From assembly GCA_964615205.1 (NCBI GenBank), contig CAZTQA010000002.1, forward strand, positions 1-51,285: 51,285 nt of DNA, given 5' to 3'. A program made the translations under genes and the position numbers. Below are positions 1 to 7,389 of this stretch, one piece after another (within the stretch, counting starts at the first letter, position 1; the number at the start of each line of letters is the position of its first letter). Source of the stretch: an uncultured Candidatus Saccharibacteria bacterium. Lineage in GTDB: Bacteria; Patescibacteriota; Minisyncoccia; Minisyncoccales; JAGMDC01. The notes under the pieces were generated by a model. It saw only the letters and a list, made by a program, of their open reading frames with translations. It ran no database searches and was not told the DNA's origin.

Positions 1-2
1 CA

Positions 3-55
3 CCGCCAATTAGGACAGGGCGGCGCTTTCAGCGCCGCCCTGTCCTAATTGGCGG
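3..55. repeat. Perfect 25-bp inverted repeat (hairpin) abutting and including the tRNA-Ser 3' end
   Basis: Arms 3-27 (CCGCCAATTAGGACAGGGCGGCGCT) and 31-55 are exact reverse complements; loop TTC. Confidence 0.9.
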
Positions 56-140
56 AGGGGGTGGGACTCGAACCCACAAGTCCCGCAAGGGGACGCTGGT
101 TTTCAAGACCAGTTCCTTAGCCAATTCGGAGCACCCCTCC
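50..140 (-). tRNA. tRNA-Ser(TGA)
   Basis: Minus strand GGAGGGG...CTGGT-CTTGAAA-ACCAG anticodon arm, long variable arm, GGTTCGAGTCC T-loop, encoded CCA. Confidence 0.95.
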
Positions 141-231
141 TAATTTGTCTTTATGCCCCTACTTTACCATAATTTAGCTTAATTTTCAACTTCAAAATAA
201 AAAAGGGCAGAGCAACTATTTAGTTGATGCC

Positions 232-546
232 TTAGCCTAATATTCTTTGATCCCTTTTCATTTTTTCAATCTCTTCTCGCAAGCTCTTTATTTTTGGCAA
301 GAAGATAAGCATTGTTATCCCCGATCCAAAAAGAGAACAAGCCAAACCGAAAAGAAAAACTTTCCACAATGAAACTAAATGTATCTCTGTTATAAAAATC
401 ACGACCGCTATCAATAGAAATCCTATTGCAGAAATCAGGATTTGTCTTTTAACAATCTTGCGTGCTTGATAATCCTCCAGCGCTTTTATTTTCTGTCTTA
501 ATTCCGCTTTTTCTCCTCCACAAGGATCAAACTTCATTACTATCAT
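232..546 (-). CDS. Hypothetical membrane protein (two hydrophobic helices)
   Basis: ORF track 232-555; GAGGTG SD at 553-558 favours ATG at 546; two hydrophobic stretches. Confidence 0.65.
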   Translation of the reverse strand: MIVMKFDPCGGEKAELRQKIKALEDYQARKIVKRQILISAIGFLLIAVVIFITEIHLVSLWKVFLFGLACSLFGSGITMLIFLPKIKSLREEIEKMKRDQRILG

Positions 547-669
547 TTTATTCACCTCTATTTTAGAAATTATTCTTTTTAAACAGATAAGTCAAGCCCG
601 AAAAATAAAAAAATCGCCTCTCGGCAACTTGAAACTGCGGGTATACTCGGTCTTAAACAAAGATTTTAA

Positions 670-915
670 TTAGTACTCTAATTTTATTCCAAGTTTATCA
701 GCAATTAGATGAAACCATTTTTCATGACGATCAACTTTGTGCGCTAACATCACCATCTCTTGAAAATAGGCATCTGCTTTTTGGGCATAGGAATCAACCG
801 AAGTCTGAAGATTATTAAAATCATCTTTAGTGGTAAGATTTGATACTGCCTCTTTTAAATCGTCTTTTGTGGCAAAAACTTCTATTAATTTTTGTATATC
901 TTCGTCGGTTAACAT
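670..915 (-). CDS. Small coiled-coil hypothetical protein with (A/T)TKDD repeats
   Basis: ORF track 670-942; first ATG at 915 (MLTDEDIQKL); ATKDDL/TTKDDF repeats. Confidence 0.75.
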   Translation of the reverse strand: MLTDEDIQKLIEVFATKDDLKEAVSNLTTKDDFNNLQTSVDSYAQKADAYFQEMVMLAHKVDRHEKWFHLIADKLGIKLEY

Positions 916-978
916 ATTTGTACTTTCATTATAGTTTATCAAGGATTAATGTCAAATTGGCATCACTAAAGAACTGGA

Positions 979-1101
979 GCTCGTGAACGATGTTACTGCG
1001 TCCCACTGAAGTCCGAAGGACGAAGGAGGAGAATCAAGATTCAGAAACAAAATGAGTATATTTACATTCCGAAATTATAAAAATAGAGTTGACCCTATTT
1101 T
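979..1101 (+). repeat. att-like repeat, 'B' half, copy 1
   Basis: 123 bp identical to 2930-3052; homologous to 1628-1725. Confidence 0.92.
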
Positions 1102-1575
1102 TTCCTTATTTAATTTAAATTTAATAAAAAATTCTAAAATTATCTGTTTTACTTCTTGTAAATTATTGTACTCTCGTAACCAAATACCTTTATGGTTTTC
1201 TTCACCCAGAATAAGAGCGGATTTTGGACGATATCCCTTTTGATAAATTAACAATAAAGGAGCGGGGGTTAGTCCTATTCTTTTTCTCATTCTATTGCGT
1301 TCAATCTCTCTTCCTACACCATAACTTCCTTTACTACTCACTTCAGCAATCATACATTCACTTTCCTCAACCCAAGCAAGATCTTGTTCTAGAATTTTTT
1401 GATAGGAAAGTTTTTCTTTTGGTATTCCTAATTTTTCAGCTAAAGCTTTTCTATGATCTTTTTGTCCTACATGCTCAGATAATACTTTATGCCCTATGCT
1501 TTTAAGCCATTCTATTATTTCTGCAACATAATTATTTCTCTCATTTGCTAATGATGCAGCGAAATATATTTTCAT
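1075..1575 (-). CDS. Nucleoside 2-deoxyribosyltransferase / nucleotide N-hydrolase-like protein
   Basis: MKIYFAAS N-terminus, 'DLAWVEESECMIAEVS..GSYGVGRE' matches the NDT/RCL-family pattern; ATG at 1575. Confidence 0.7.
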   Translation of the reverse strand: MKIYFAASLANERNNYVAEIIEWLKSIGHKVLSEHVGQKDHRKALAEKLGIPKEKLSYQKILEQDLAWVEESECMIAEVSSKGSYGVGREIERNRMRKRIGLTPAPLLLIYQKGYRPKSALILGEENHKGIWLREYNNLQEVKQIILEFFIKFKLNKEKIGSTLFL

Positions 1576-1627
1576 ATTACTTAACTTTAGCAAAAATAAA
1601 AACCCGAGGCAAATGCCTCGGGCAACT

Positions 1628-1725
1628 GCAGGGACTCGTGAACGATGTTAGAACTATAATTCAGAAACAGAATAAGTATATTTATATCCCAGATTTATAA
1701 AAATAGAGTTGACCCTATTTTTTCC
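1628..1725 (+). repeat. att-like repeat, 'B' half, copy 2 (diverged, lacks the 35-bp insert)
   Basis: GCAGGGACTCGTGAACGATGTTA...AAAATAGAGTTGACCCTATTTT aligned by eye with copies 1 and 3. Confidence 0.88.
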
Positions 1726-1786
1726 TCTATTTTTTCGTAATACTAAATTTAAACCCACAGATTTAATTATTTTATTATGCTTCTTT

Positions 1787-1820
1787 AATTTAAAACTCCC
1801 CGAAAAGGGAGTTTTAAATT
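1787..1820. terminator. Intrinsic terminator-like hairpin downstream of the 1872-2357 gene
   Basis: AATTTAAAACTCCC / GGGAGTTTTAAATT inverted repeat. Confidence 0.65.
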
Positions 1821-1871
1821 TTTTTCAAGCCATAAGTTATTATAAATTGAAAAAAAAAGAAAAGGAAAAAA

Positions 1872-2357
1872 TTATGCGTCCCAATGTTCTATTGGTGTCT
1901 TTCTGAAAAACTCTTCAGAAGTATTCTGTATCGCCATTTTCAGAACCTCTTCTAAAGAGTCTATATTCCATGGCAAAACCCATCCACCCCAATCTTCGGC
2001 ATTCCATCGGTCAAGCCAGTACCTAAATTCCAAAGAAATATGATCGTTTTCGATCCTAATTCTTGTTTTTACTGGATAGCCCTTCCAATGATCGATATCG
2101 AGTTCCTTATTTTTGTTAGCCCAGTCTTGTAAAATTTTCAAATTCTCACTTGTGAGTAATGGCTCGAAAGCATGGGGATCTAAAAAAGCCATTCCTCGAC
2201 GCATCGGAGCCTTAATAATAGAAGAGACGGCGATGCGGAAAATAAGATCTTCTGCCGATTCTCCCTCATCTGGATAGATGATAATCTTTCTAATTTCTGA
2301 TTGTTTCTTGCCTTGTGGGGTTTTTGGTTCACCTACTTTGGGTAGCTCATACTTCAT
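1872..2357 (-). CDS. Hypothetical protein
   Basis: 161-aa ORF with GGAGGTG SD upstream; no family recognised. Confidence 0.8.
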   Translation of the reverse strand: MKYELPKVGEPKTPQGKKQSEIRKIIIYPDEGESAEDLIFRIAVSSIIKAPMRRGMAFLDPHAFEPLLTSENLKILQDWANKNKELDIDHWKGYPVKTRIRIENDHISLEFRYWLDRWNAEDWGGWVLPWNIDSLEEVLKMAIQNTSEEFFRKTPIEHWDA

Positions 2358-2580
2358 TTTTTTTCACCTCCAGACAAAAAACCGTTAATAATTGATTTTC
2401 TCTCTGGAGGTGAATTTTTCCCTTTTTTATTTTATTAAAGATACTTCTATTTTTTATTATATAACTATACTTTAATTTTGTCAATAGTTTGGGTAATCTA
2501 CACACATTTATTACTCAACTAAGAAACCGCTTCTACTGGAAGTAAAAAAAAGAGGGCCATAGTTTAAGCCTTCATATAAA

Positions 2581-2787
2581 TTATTCTATTAGTTTCATTA
2601 ACTGAGCATCTACTACATCGTCGGGAGCACTTGGTTTTCCATTTACAGCCCTGAAAACAAATCCACCCTTTTCTCTGAGTACAAGAACTGACTCTATTCC
2701 CGTACTGCGTTCCCAATCGCACAAAGCATCACACAATTCAGTAATCGCATCCCTAACCCTTGGATCTCGGTGTTCCTGAAGTGTCAT
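2581..2787 (-). CDS. Small hypothetical protein
   Basis: ORF track 2581-2814; GGAGGTG at ~2797-2803 favours ATG at 2787 (MTLQEH). Confidence 0.7.
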   Translation of the reverse strand: MTLQEHRDPRVRDAITELCDALCDWERSTGIESVLVLREKGGFVFRAVNGKPSAPDDVVDAQLMKLIE

Positions 2788-2877
2788 CTTTTTTATCACC
2801 TCCATATCTTTCAATATTTTCAGTTTATATTTTTTCTAACTTAAGTCAAGTCCTTCAAAATAAAAAACCGCTGGTTT

Positions 2878-3052
2878 GGCGATTTTTTGAGGCCTCTCGG
2901 TCTCTTGAACTGCGCTCAAGTTTGCAGGGGCTCGTGAACGATGTTACTGCGTCCCACTGAAGTCCGAAGGACGAAGGAGGAGAATCAAGATTCAGAAACA
3001 AAATGAGTATATTTACATTCCGAAATTATAAAAATAGAGTTGACCCTATTTT
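2878..3052 (+). repeat. Complete att-like junction: 'A' half (2878-2920), core GCAGGGGC (2924-2931), 'B' half
   Basis: A half near-identical to 3906-3949; B half identical to 979-1101. Confidence 0.9.
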
Positions 3053-3072
3053 CTCCTCAGGACGTTTTTAGA

Positions 3073-3729
3073 TTATTTTTTGAATAAACTTTTAATTATA
3101 AATGGCTTAATATCAGCTTCTATTAATACTCTTTTAGTATCTGTTCTTCTAATCATTCCATTCGTAGGTTCCGTAGCCTCATAAATTTCATTTTTAGGAA
3201 TCGAGAAACCTACATATTCAACTTTTCTTTGAAATCTATTTCTAACTTCATCAATTGCCGGAACAAGATCCGTATCAGAACTTACTAATATGGCCGTGTC
3301 ATATTTATTATCAAACGCTCCTATAATTAAATCTGTAGCAATCTTAACATCTATACCTTTCTCTCTTGATTTTTTATGATAGACTTCTTTAATCCCTAAT
3401 TCTAATAATTTTTCATAATTAATAACCCTTTTATCTATCTCTATTTTTTCAATTCTTGTCCTTAGAGTACTTGTTTTGATTATCCATTTCTCTGGCATAT
3501 TGCTAAGTTTTGTCAAAAGAGATGTCTGATTTGACATTGCTTTTTTACTTTCATAACCCTCTCTAACTGTAGCAACGTAGAAACGTTTTCCTTCTCTGAT
3601 TATAGCTCTCTCCCCAGCTAAAAATCTTGCGAACGCTTCAAAATCAAATTCAACCTCTTGGATACCTAATTTTCTTAAAACGAGGTGATAAAAATTACTT
3701 GCATCAAAAAGAATACAAACTTTTTCCAT
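3073..3729 (-). CDS. NYN/LabA/DUF88 PIN-fold domain protein
   Basis: Motifs 'FDASNFY', 'EKGIDVKIATD', 'LVSSDTDLVP' are typical of NYN domains. Confidence 0.88.
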   Translation of the reverse strand: MEKVCILFDASNFYHLVLRKLGIQEVEFDFEAFARFLAGERAIIREGKRFYVATVREGYESKKAMSNQTSLLTKLSNMPEKWIIKTSTLRTRIEKIEIDKRVINYEKLLELGIKEVYHKKSREKGIDVKIATDLIIGAFDNKYDTAILVSSDTDLVPAIDEVRNRFQRKVEYVGFSIPKNEIYEATEPTNGMIRRTDTKRVLIEADIKPFIIKSLFKK

Positions 3730-3905
3730 ATATTTTTATTATATCATACAAATATTATAAAAAGAAAAAACCCGCACACTGCATAAAGCAGGCACAGGTG
3801 ACTTTCAATTCCATGTTAGGATATTTCTAAAAATCTGTCAAGAAATTTTCTGTGGAAAACTAAAATATTTATCATCGAATTTTAATCAGGAAAATTGTTC
3901 TTCTC

Positions 3906-3960
3906 GGCGATTTTTTGTAGGCCTCTCGGTCTCTTAAACTGCGCTCAAGGGGGCAGGGGC
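3906..3960 (+). repeat. att-like 'A' half fused to the tRNA-Trp 3' end (core GCAGGGGC 3953-3960)
   Basis: 3906-3949 matches 2878-2920 with one indel and one substitution; core is the antisense of the tRNA acceptor stem. Confidence 0.88.
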
Positions 3961-4025
3961 GCCAGGATTCGAACCCGGAACAAAAATTTTGGAGATTTCT
4001 ATGATAGCCGTTTCACCACGCCCCT
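3954..4025 (-). tRNA. tRNA-Trp(CCA)
   Basis: AGGGGCG...CGCCCCT acceptor stem, anticodon loop CTCCAAA, GGTTCGAATCC. Confidence 0.93.
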
Positions 4026-4030
4026 AAATC

Positions 4031-4195
4031 TTACTTCTTTGATTCCTTGTGAACCGTATGCTTTCTGCACCACTTACAGAATTTTTTCAATTCCAACTTT
4101 CCCTCAACCAATCCTTTGGATTTCCTTGTGAAGTAATTTATTCTTTTGCAGATTTGGCACTGCATTTTTATAAATGGTTTCTTTTTTACTGCCAT
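4031..4195 (-). CDS. rpmG: 50S ribosomal protein L33 (zinc-binding type)
   Basis: MAVKKK..CQIC..NYFT..LELKKFCKWCRKHTVHKE; true start is the ATG at 4195. Confidence 0.95.
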   Translation of the reverse strand: MAVKKKPFIKMQCQICKRINYFTRKSKGLVEGKLELKKFCKWCRKHTVHKESKK

Positions 4196-4198
4196 ATG

Positions 4199-4270
4199 AG
4201 CCGATGAAGAGAATTGAACTCTTGACCTCTTTCTTACCAAGAAAGCGTTCTACCACTGAACTACATCGGC
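4199..4270 (-). tRNA. tRNA-Thr(GGT)
   Basis: GCCGATG...CATCGGC acceptor stem, TTTCT-TGGTA-AGAAA anticodon arm, GTTCAATTC T-loop. Confidence 0.93.
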
Positions 4271-4277
4271 GAAAATG

Positions 4278-4361
4278 TGGGCAGGGAGGGATTCGAACCC
4301 CCGAAGGCACGAGGCCAACTGGTTTACAGCCAGTCCCCTTTGGCCGCTCAGGAACCTACCC
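4278..4361 (-). tRNA. tRNA-Tyr(GTA)
   Basis: CTGG-CTGTAAA-CCAG anticodon arm, long variable arm, GGTTCGAATCC. Confidence 0.93.
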
Positions 4362-4417
4362 GATTATGTTTATAATCTATCACAAAATAAATCAATTTTC
4401 AACCTGTCCTGAATTTA

Positions 4418-5095
4418 TTAAAGGATGATTTTTCCGTGTTTTTTGCGCCATTCTTCAATCTTTTTATGGTTTCCGCTGAGTAAAACCTTGGGAACTTTCC
4501 ATTTCTTGTCTTTAGTATAAGAAAAAAATTCAGGGCGGGTATATTGAGGATACTCAATAAATCCCCTGCCGCTTCTTCCTCGAGCTGTTGGAATTCTTTC
4601 TTTTAATAAATCCTGTTTGCCGATTATCCCAGGAATCAAACGGGCGATTGTCTCTATAACCACCATTGCCGGAAGTTCTCCTCCCATTAAATCATAATCT
4701 CCAATAGATAATTCCATATCAGCTGACTTAGCCACTCTTTCATCAAATCCTTCATATCTTCCGCAAATTAAAATTAGTTGGTCATTTTTAGAAAGCTGAT
4801 AAGCTAATTTTTGATTAAATTTCTTCCCTCTGGGAGTAAAAAGAATTGTTTTGGATTTACTTTTGGATTTCTTTAGGGCAGTTACTGCTTTGAAAATAGG
4901 TTCAATTTTCAAAACCATTCCAAACCCTCCTCCAAAGGGCCGATCATCAACTGTCTGATGTTTATCAGCAGTATAATCCCTTAAATTATGAACTTTAATC
5001 TGAATTATTTTTTTTTCCTTGGCACGCTTAATCAAGCTCTCATTAAAATAAGAATCAAAAATATCTGGAAAAATTGTAATAATGTCAAATCTCAT
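4418..5095 (-). CDS. trmD: tRNA (guanine37-N1)-methyltransferase
   Basis: VDDRPFGGG, CGRYEG, SIGDY..GGE, EYPQYTRP, VLLSGNH. Confidence 0.97.
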   Translation of the reverse strand: MRFDIITIFPDIFDSYFNESLIKRAKEKKIIQIKVHNLRDYTADKHQTVDDRPFGGGFGMVLKIEPIFKAVTALKKSKSKSKTILFTPRGKKFNQKLAYQLSKNDQLILICGRYEGFDERVAKSADMELSIGDYDLMGGELPAMVVIETIARLIPGIIGKQDLLKERIPTARGRSGRGFIEYPQYTRPEFFSYTKDKKWKVPKVLLSGNHKKIEEWRKKHGKIIL

Positions 5096-5099
5096 AAAT

Positions 5100-5133
5100 G
5101 AAAACCGTGCTATTCTATAGTAGCACGGTTTTC
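5100..5133. terminator. Hairpin between khpA and trmD
   Basis: GAAAACCGTGCTA / TAGCACGGTTTTC inverted repeat. Confidence 0.65.
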
Positions 5134-5155
5134 TTTTTTTTGTAAACGAAAGGGT

Positions 5156-5476
5156 TTACAGTTTTAAGTCATCTAGGCCTTCTTTGGCGCTAGTTTCTCT
5201 TCTTCCTTGAGCAGTAGCTCTGCCGCCTTCGGGCTCTTCAATCTTAAGATTAACCCGAGCGTGATTCTTAAGTCCGACAATCCTGACTAGACTTCGAATA
5301 GCTTTGGCAGTGGAGCCAGCCTTTCCAATAATTTGGCCCATATCTTCTGGGTTAATATTAAGAGAAAGTAAAACTCCCATTTCATCTACCTTTCTATCTA
5401 CTTTTACGTCTTCAGGATGGTCGACTAAGGCTTTAACGATGTACTCAAGAAATTCCTTGTCATTATCTTTAGCCAT
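5156..5476 (-). CDS. khpA: KH-domain RNA-binding protein (KhpA/YlqC)
   Basis: LVDHPEDV, DMGQIIGKAGSTAKAIR; conserved position after rpsP. Confidence 0.92.
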   Translation of the reverse strand: MAKDNDKEFLEYIVKALVDHPEDVKVDRKVDEMGVLLSLNINPEDMGQIIGKAGSTAKAIRSLVRIVGLKNHARVNLKIEEPEGGRATAQGRRETSAKEGLDDLKL

Positions 5477-5561
5477 AATCTTTCAATCTTAGTAAATTTA
5501 ATCATTCAGTAGCTCCGACCTTTCTGAAAAGCTACTATATCTTAATTATATTACTTTTATA

Positions 5562-5945
5562 TTATTTGTCAACTTTTTCTTCGGCTGGTTTTTCTTCGGT
5601 TGGCTTTTTTCCAATCGGTTTTTCAGCTTTTTCTTCCTTGCCTTCCGTAGCTTCAGCAGAAACAGATTCTTCCTTCTTTTTTCTAGAACGGACATCTCTT
5701 TTCTTTCCCTCTATAATTTTTTCAGAAATAAGCAAATTATAGATTCTGTCTGATGGCTGAGCTCCTACAGAAAGCCAATGCTTGATTCTTTCTGTATTTA
5801 TTTTTTTTTCTTTTGTAAGAGGATTCAAAAATCCTAAGGATTCCAAAAAACGCCCTCCTTTGGGAGAATTTTGTTTTTCCGTAACTACAACCCTGAAAAA
5901 CGGCTGATTTCTTTTCCCTCTTCTTATAAGTCGTATAACTAACAT
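5562..5945 (-). CDS. rpsP: 30S ribosomal protein S16 with charged C-terminal extension
   Basis: MLVIRL.R.GK.NQPFFRVVV, G.FLE.LG..NP, W.SVGAQPSD. Confidence 0.96.
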   Translation of the reverse strand: MLVIRLIRRGKRNQPFFRVVVTEKQNSPKGGRFLESLGFLNPLTKEKKINTERIKHWLSVGAQPSDRIYNLLISEKIIEGKKRDVRSRKKKEESVSAEATEGKEEKAEKPIGKKPTEEKPAEEKVDK

Positions 5946-5949
5946 TTTA

Positions 5950-6636
5950 CTAATTTGTTTTTTCTAATGCCTTTCGAGCCGCCTGTTCTTCCGCTTCCTG
6001 CTTAGAAGAACCCTGGCCCTCGGCTATTAATTTATCTTTAAGGAAAACTCCTATAATGAAATTTTTGTCATGGTCAGGTCCCCATTCTTTAAGAACCTTG
6101 TAATGAGGAGTAATAGATGTTTTTTCCTGGGCTTGTTCCTGGAAATCAGACTTAGCATCTTTATAAAGGCCTTCTTTAATAATTTCCGGCAGTTCTTTAA
6201 TCAAATTCTCTTGAATAAACTCGCTGCAGGGATCGTATCCCTGATCCAGATAAAGAGCTCCTACAAAGGCCTCAAAACTATTGGCCAAAATAAACTGGCG
6301 GGCTTTCCCTTTTTCTTTGGCTTCTCCTTGGGAAAGAAAAAGAAAATCATTAAAGTCAAGATCGCGAGCAACTCGGGAAAGCATTTTAGAATTAACCAAA
6401 GCTGCTCTCCAATTAGTCATTATTCCTTCTTGTTTTTTAGGGTAATTTTCAAAAAGATATTTGGTAACCACTAATTCCAGAACTGCATCCCCTAAAAATT
6501 CTAAGCGCTCGTTGTGATATAAATGAAAATTTGGATTTTCGTTCAAATAAGAGCGGTGAATAAAAGCCTGGGTAAGCAAATCCTTGTTTTTAAATTGAAC
6601 TCCTAATTTTTTCTCAAGCTTGCTTAAATCCTTCAT
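5950..6636 (-). CDS. rnc: Ribonuclease III
   Basis: NERLEFLGDAVL signature plus C-terminal dsRBD. Confidence 0.97.
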   Translation of the reverse strand: MKDLSKLEKKLGVQFKNKDLLTQAFIHRSYLNENPNFHLYHNERLEFLGDAVLELVVTKYLFENYPKKQEGIMTNWRAALVNSKMLSRVARDLDFNDFLFLSQGEAKEKGKARQFILANSFEAFVGALYLDQGYDPCSEFIQENLIKELPEIIKEGLYKDAKSDFQEQAQEKTSITPHYKVLKEWGPDHDKNFIIGVFLKDKLIAEGQGSSKQEAEEQAARKALEKTN

Positions 6637-6637
6637 A

Positions 6638-7066
6638 TTACTCTTTGTTTTCTATTTCTTTATAAACAGTTCCCAAAACACCATTAATAAATTTCCCTGC
6701 CGATTCACCGCTAAAGGTTTTTGCTAACTCAATGGCTTCATTAATAGCTACTTTAGGTGGAACTGCTTTCTTGTCGCTGTAAATAAGCTCATAAAGCCCT
6801 ATACGTAAAACATTTCTGTCTATGATATTTATCTGTTCTAATGGCCATTCCGGAGCTGCTTTTTCAATAACCTTATCTATCTGGGAAATCTTTTCTTCAA
6901 TTCCATTAACTAGTTCCCAAACCAAACTCTTGTCTTCTAAACCAGGACCAAATTCTTCTAAGTTTCTATTTGTTATTTCTTTCAAAAAATTTGGCTTTTT
7001 ACCAAAAAAATCCCACTCATATAAACTTTGCATTGCTATTGAACGTGATAAATGCCTACTTGCCAT
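6638..7066 (-). CDS. nusB: Transcription antitermination factor NusB
   Basis: [21 protein letters not shown]. Confidence 0.96.
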   Translation of the reverse strand: MASRHLSRSIAMQSLYEWDFFGKKPNFLKEITNRNLEEFGPGLEDKSLVWELVNGIEEKISQIDKVIEKAAPEWPLEQINIIDRNVLRIGLYELIYSDKKAVPPKVAINEAIELAKTFSGESAGKFINGVLGTVYKEIENKE

Positions 7067-7067
7067 A

Positions 7068-7361
7068 TTATTTTTTAGATAGCTCTTCCATAGTTAAAGG
7101 TTTTGTTTTTTTCTCTTCAGTTTTTTCTGCTTCCTTGCTGGTAATTTCCTTTTCTTTCTTTTTCTTTTCTTTCTTAGTTAATTTTTTCATTACATCAATC
7201 ACTTCCCTTCCTTTATAATAACCACAAAAACCGCACACTGTATGCGGCAGAACCGGCTTTCCGCACTTAGAACATTTAATTAAACCGGGCTTTTTTAAAA
7301 AAATGTGCATCCTCCTCTGGTTTCTTCTGGATTTTGTTTTTCTCTGTTTTGGAACTGCCAT
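7068..7361 (-). CDS. rpmF: 50S ribosomal protein L32 with C-terminal extension
   Basis: [29 protein letters not shown]. Confidence 0.96.
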   Translation of the reverse strand: MAVPKQRKTKSRRNQRRMHIFLKKPGLIKCSKCGKPVLPHTVCGFCGYYKGREVIDVMKKLTKKEKKKKEKEITSKEAEKTEEKKTKPLTMEELSKK

Positions 7362-7389
7362 AACAAACTTGATACTACCAGATAATTAT

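Larger units (their letters stand above)
976..3960. mobile_element. Tandem array of three putative integrase-free cassettes at tRNA-Trp
   Basis: Junction order X|B ... A'|B ... A|B ... A|tRNA; no recombinase ORF in the window. Confidence 0.6.

Noticed and set aside
979-3052. Repeats read as a CRISPR array or integron attC sites
   Set aside because: Repeats are ~100-125 bp separated by 0.5-1.2 kb of genes; no cas or intI gene; I saw no attC-type RYYYAAC/GTTRRRY inverted-core structure spanning the repeat
3895-4428. ORFs 3895-4131, 4104-4310, 4174-4428 and the N-terminal extension of 4031-4240
   Set aside because: They overlap tRNA-Trp, tRNA-Thr, tRNA-Tyr and rpmG; shadow frames
4560-4596. 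GC-rich patch in trmD (PTARGRSGRG) as an inserted element
   Set aside because: It falls in the naturally variable TrmD linker; cannot be judged without an orthologue alignment
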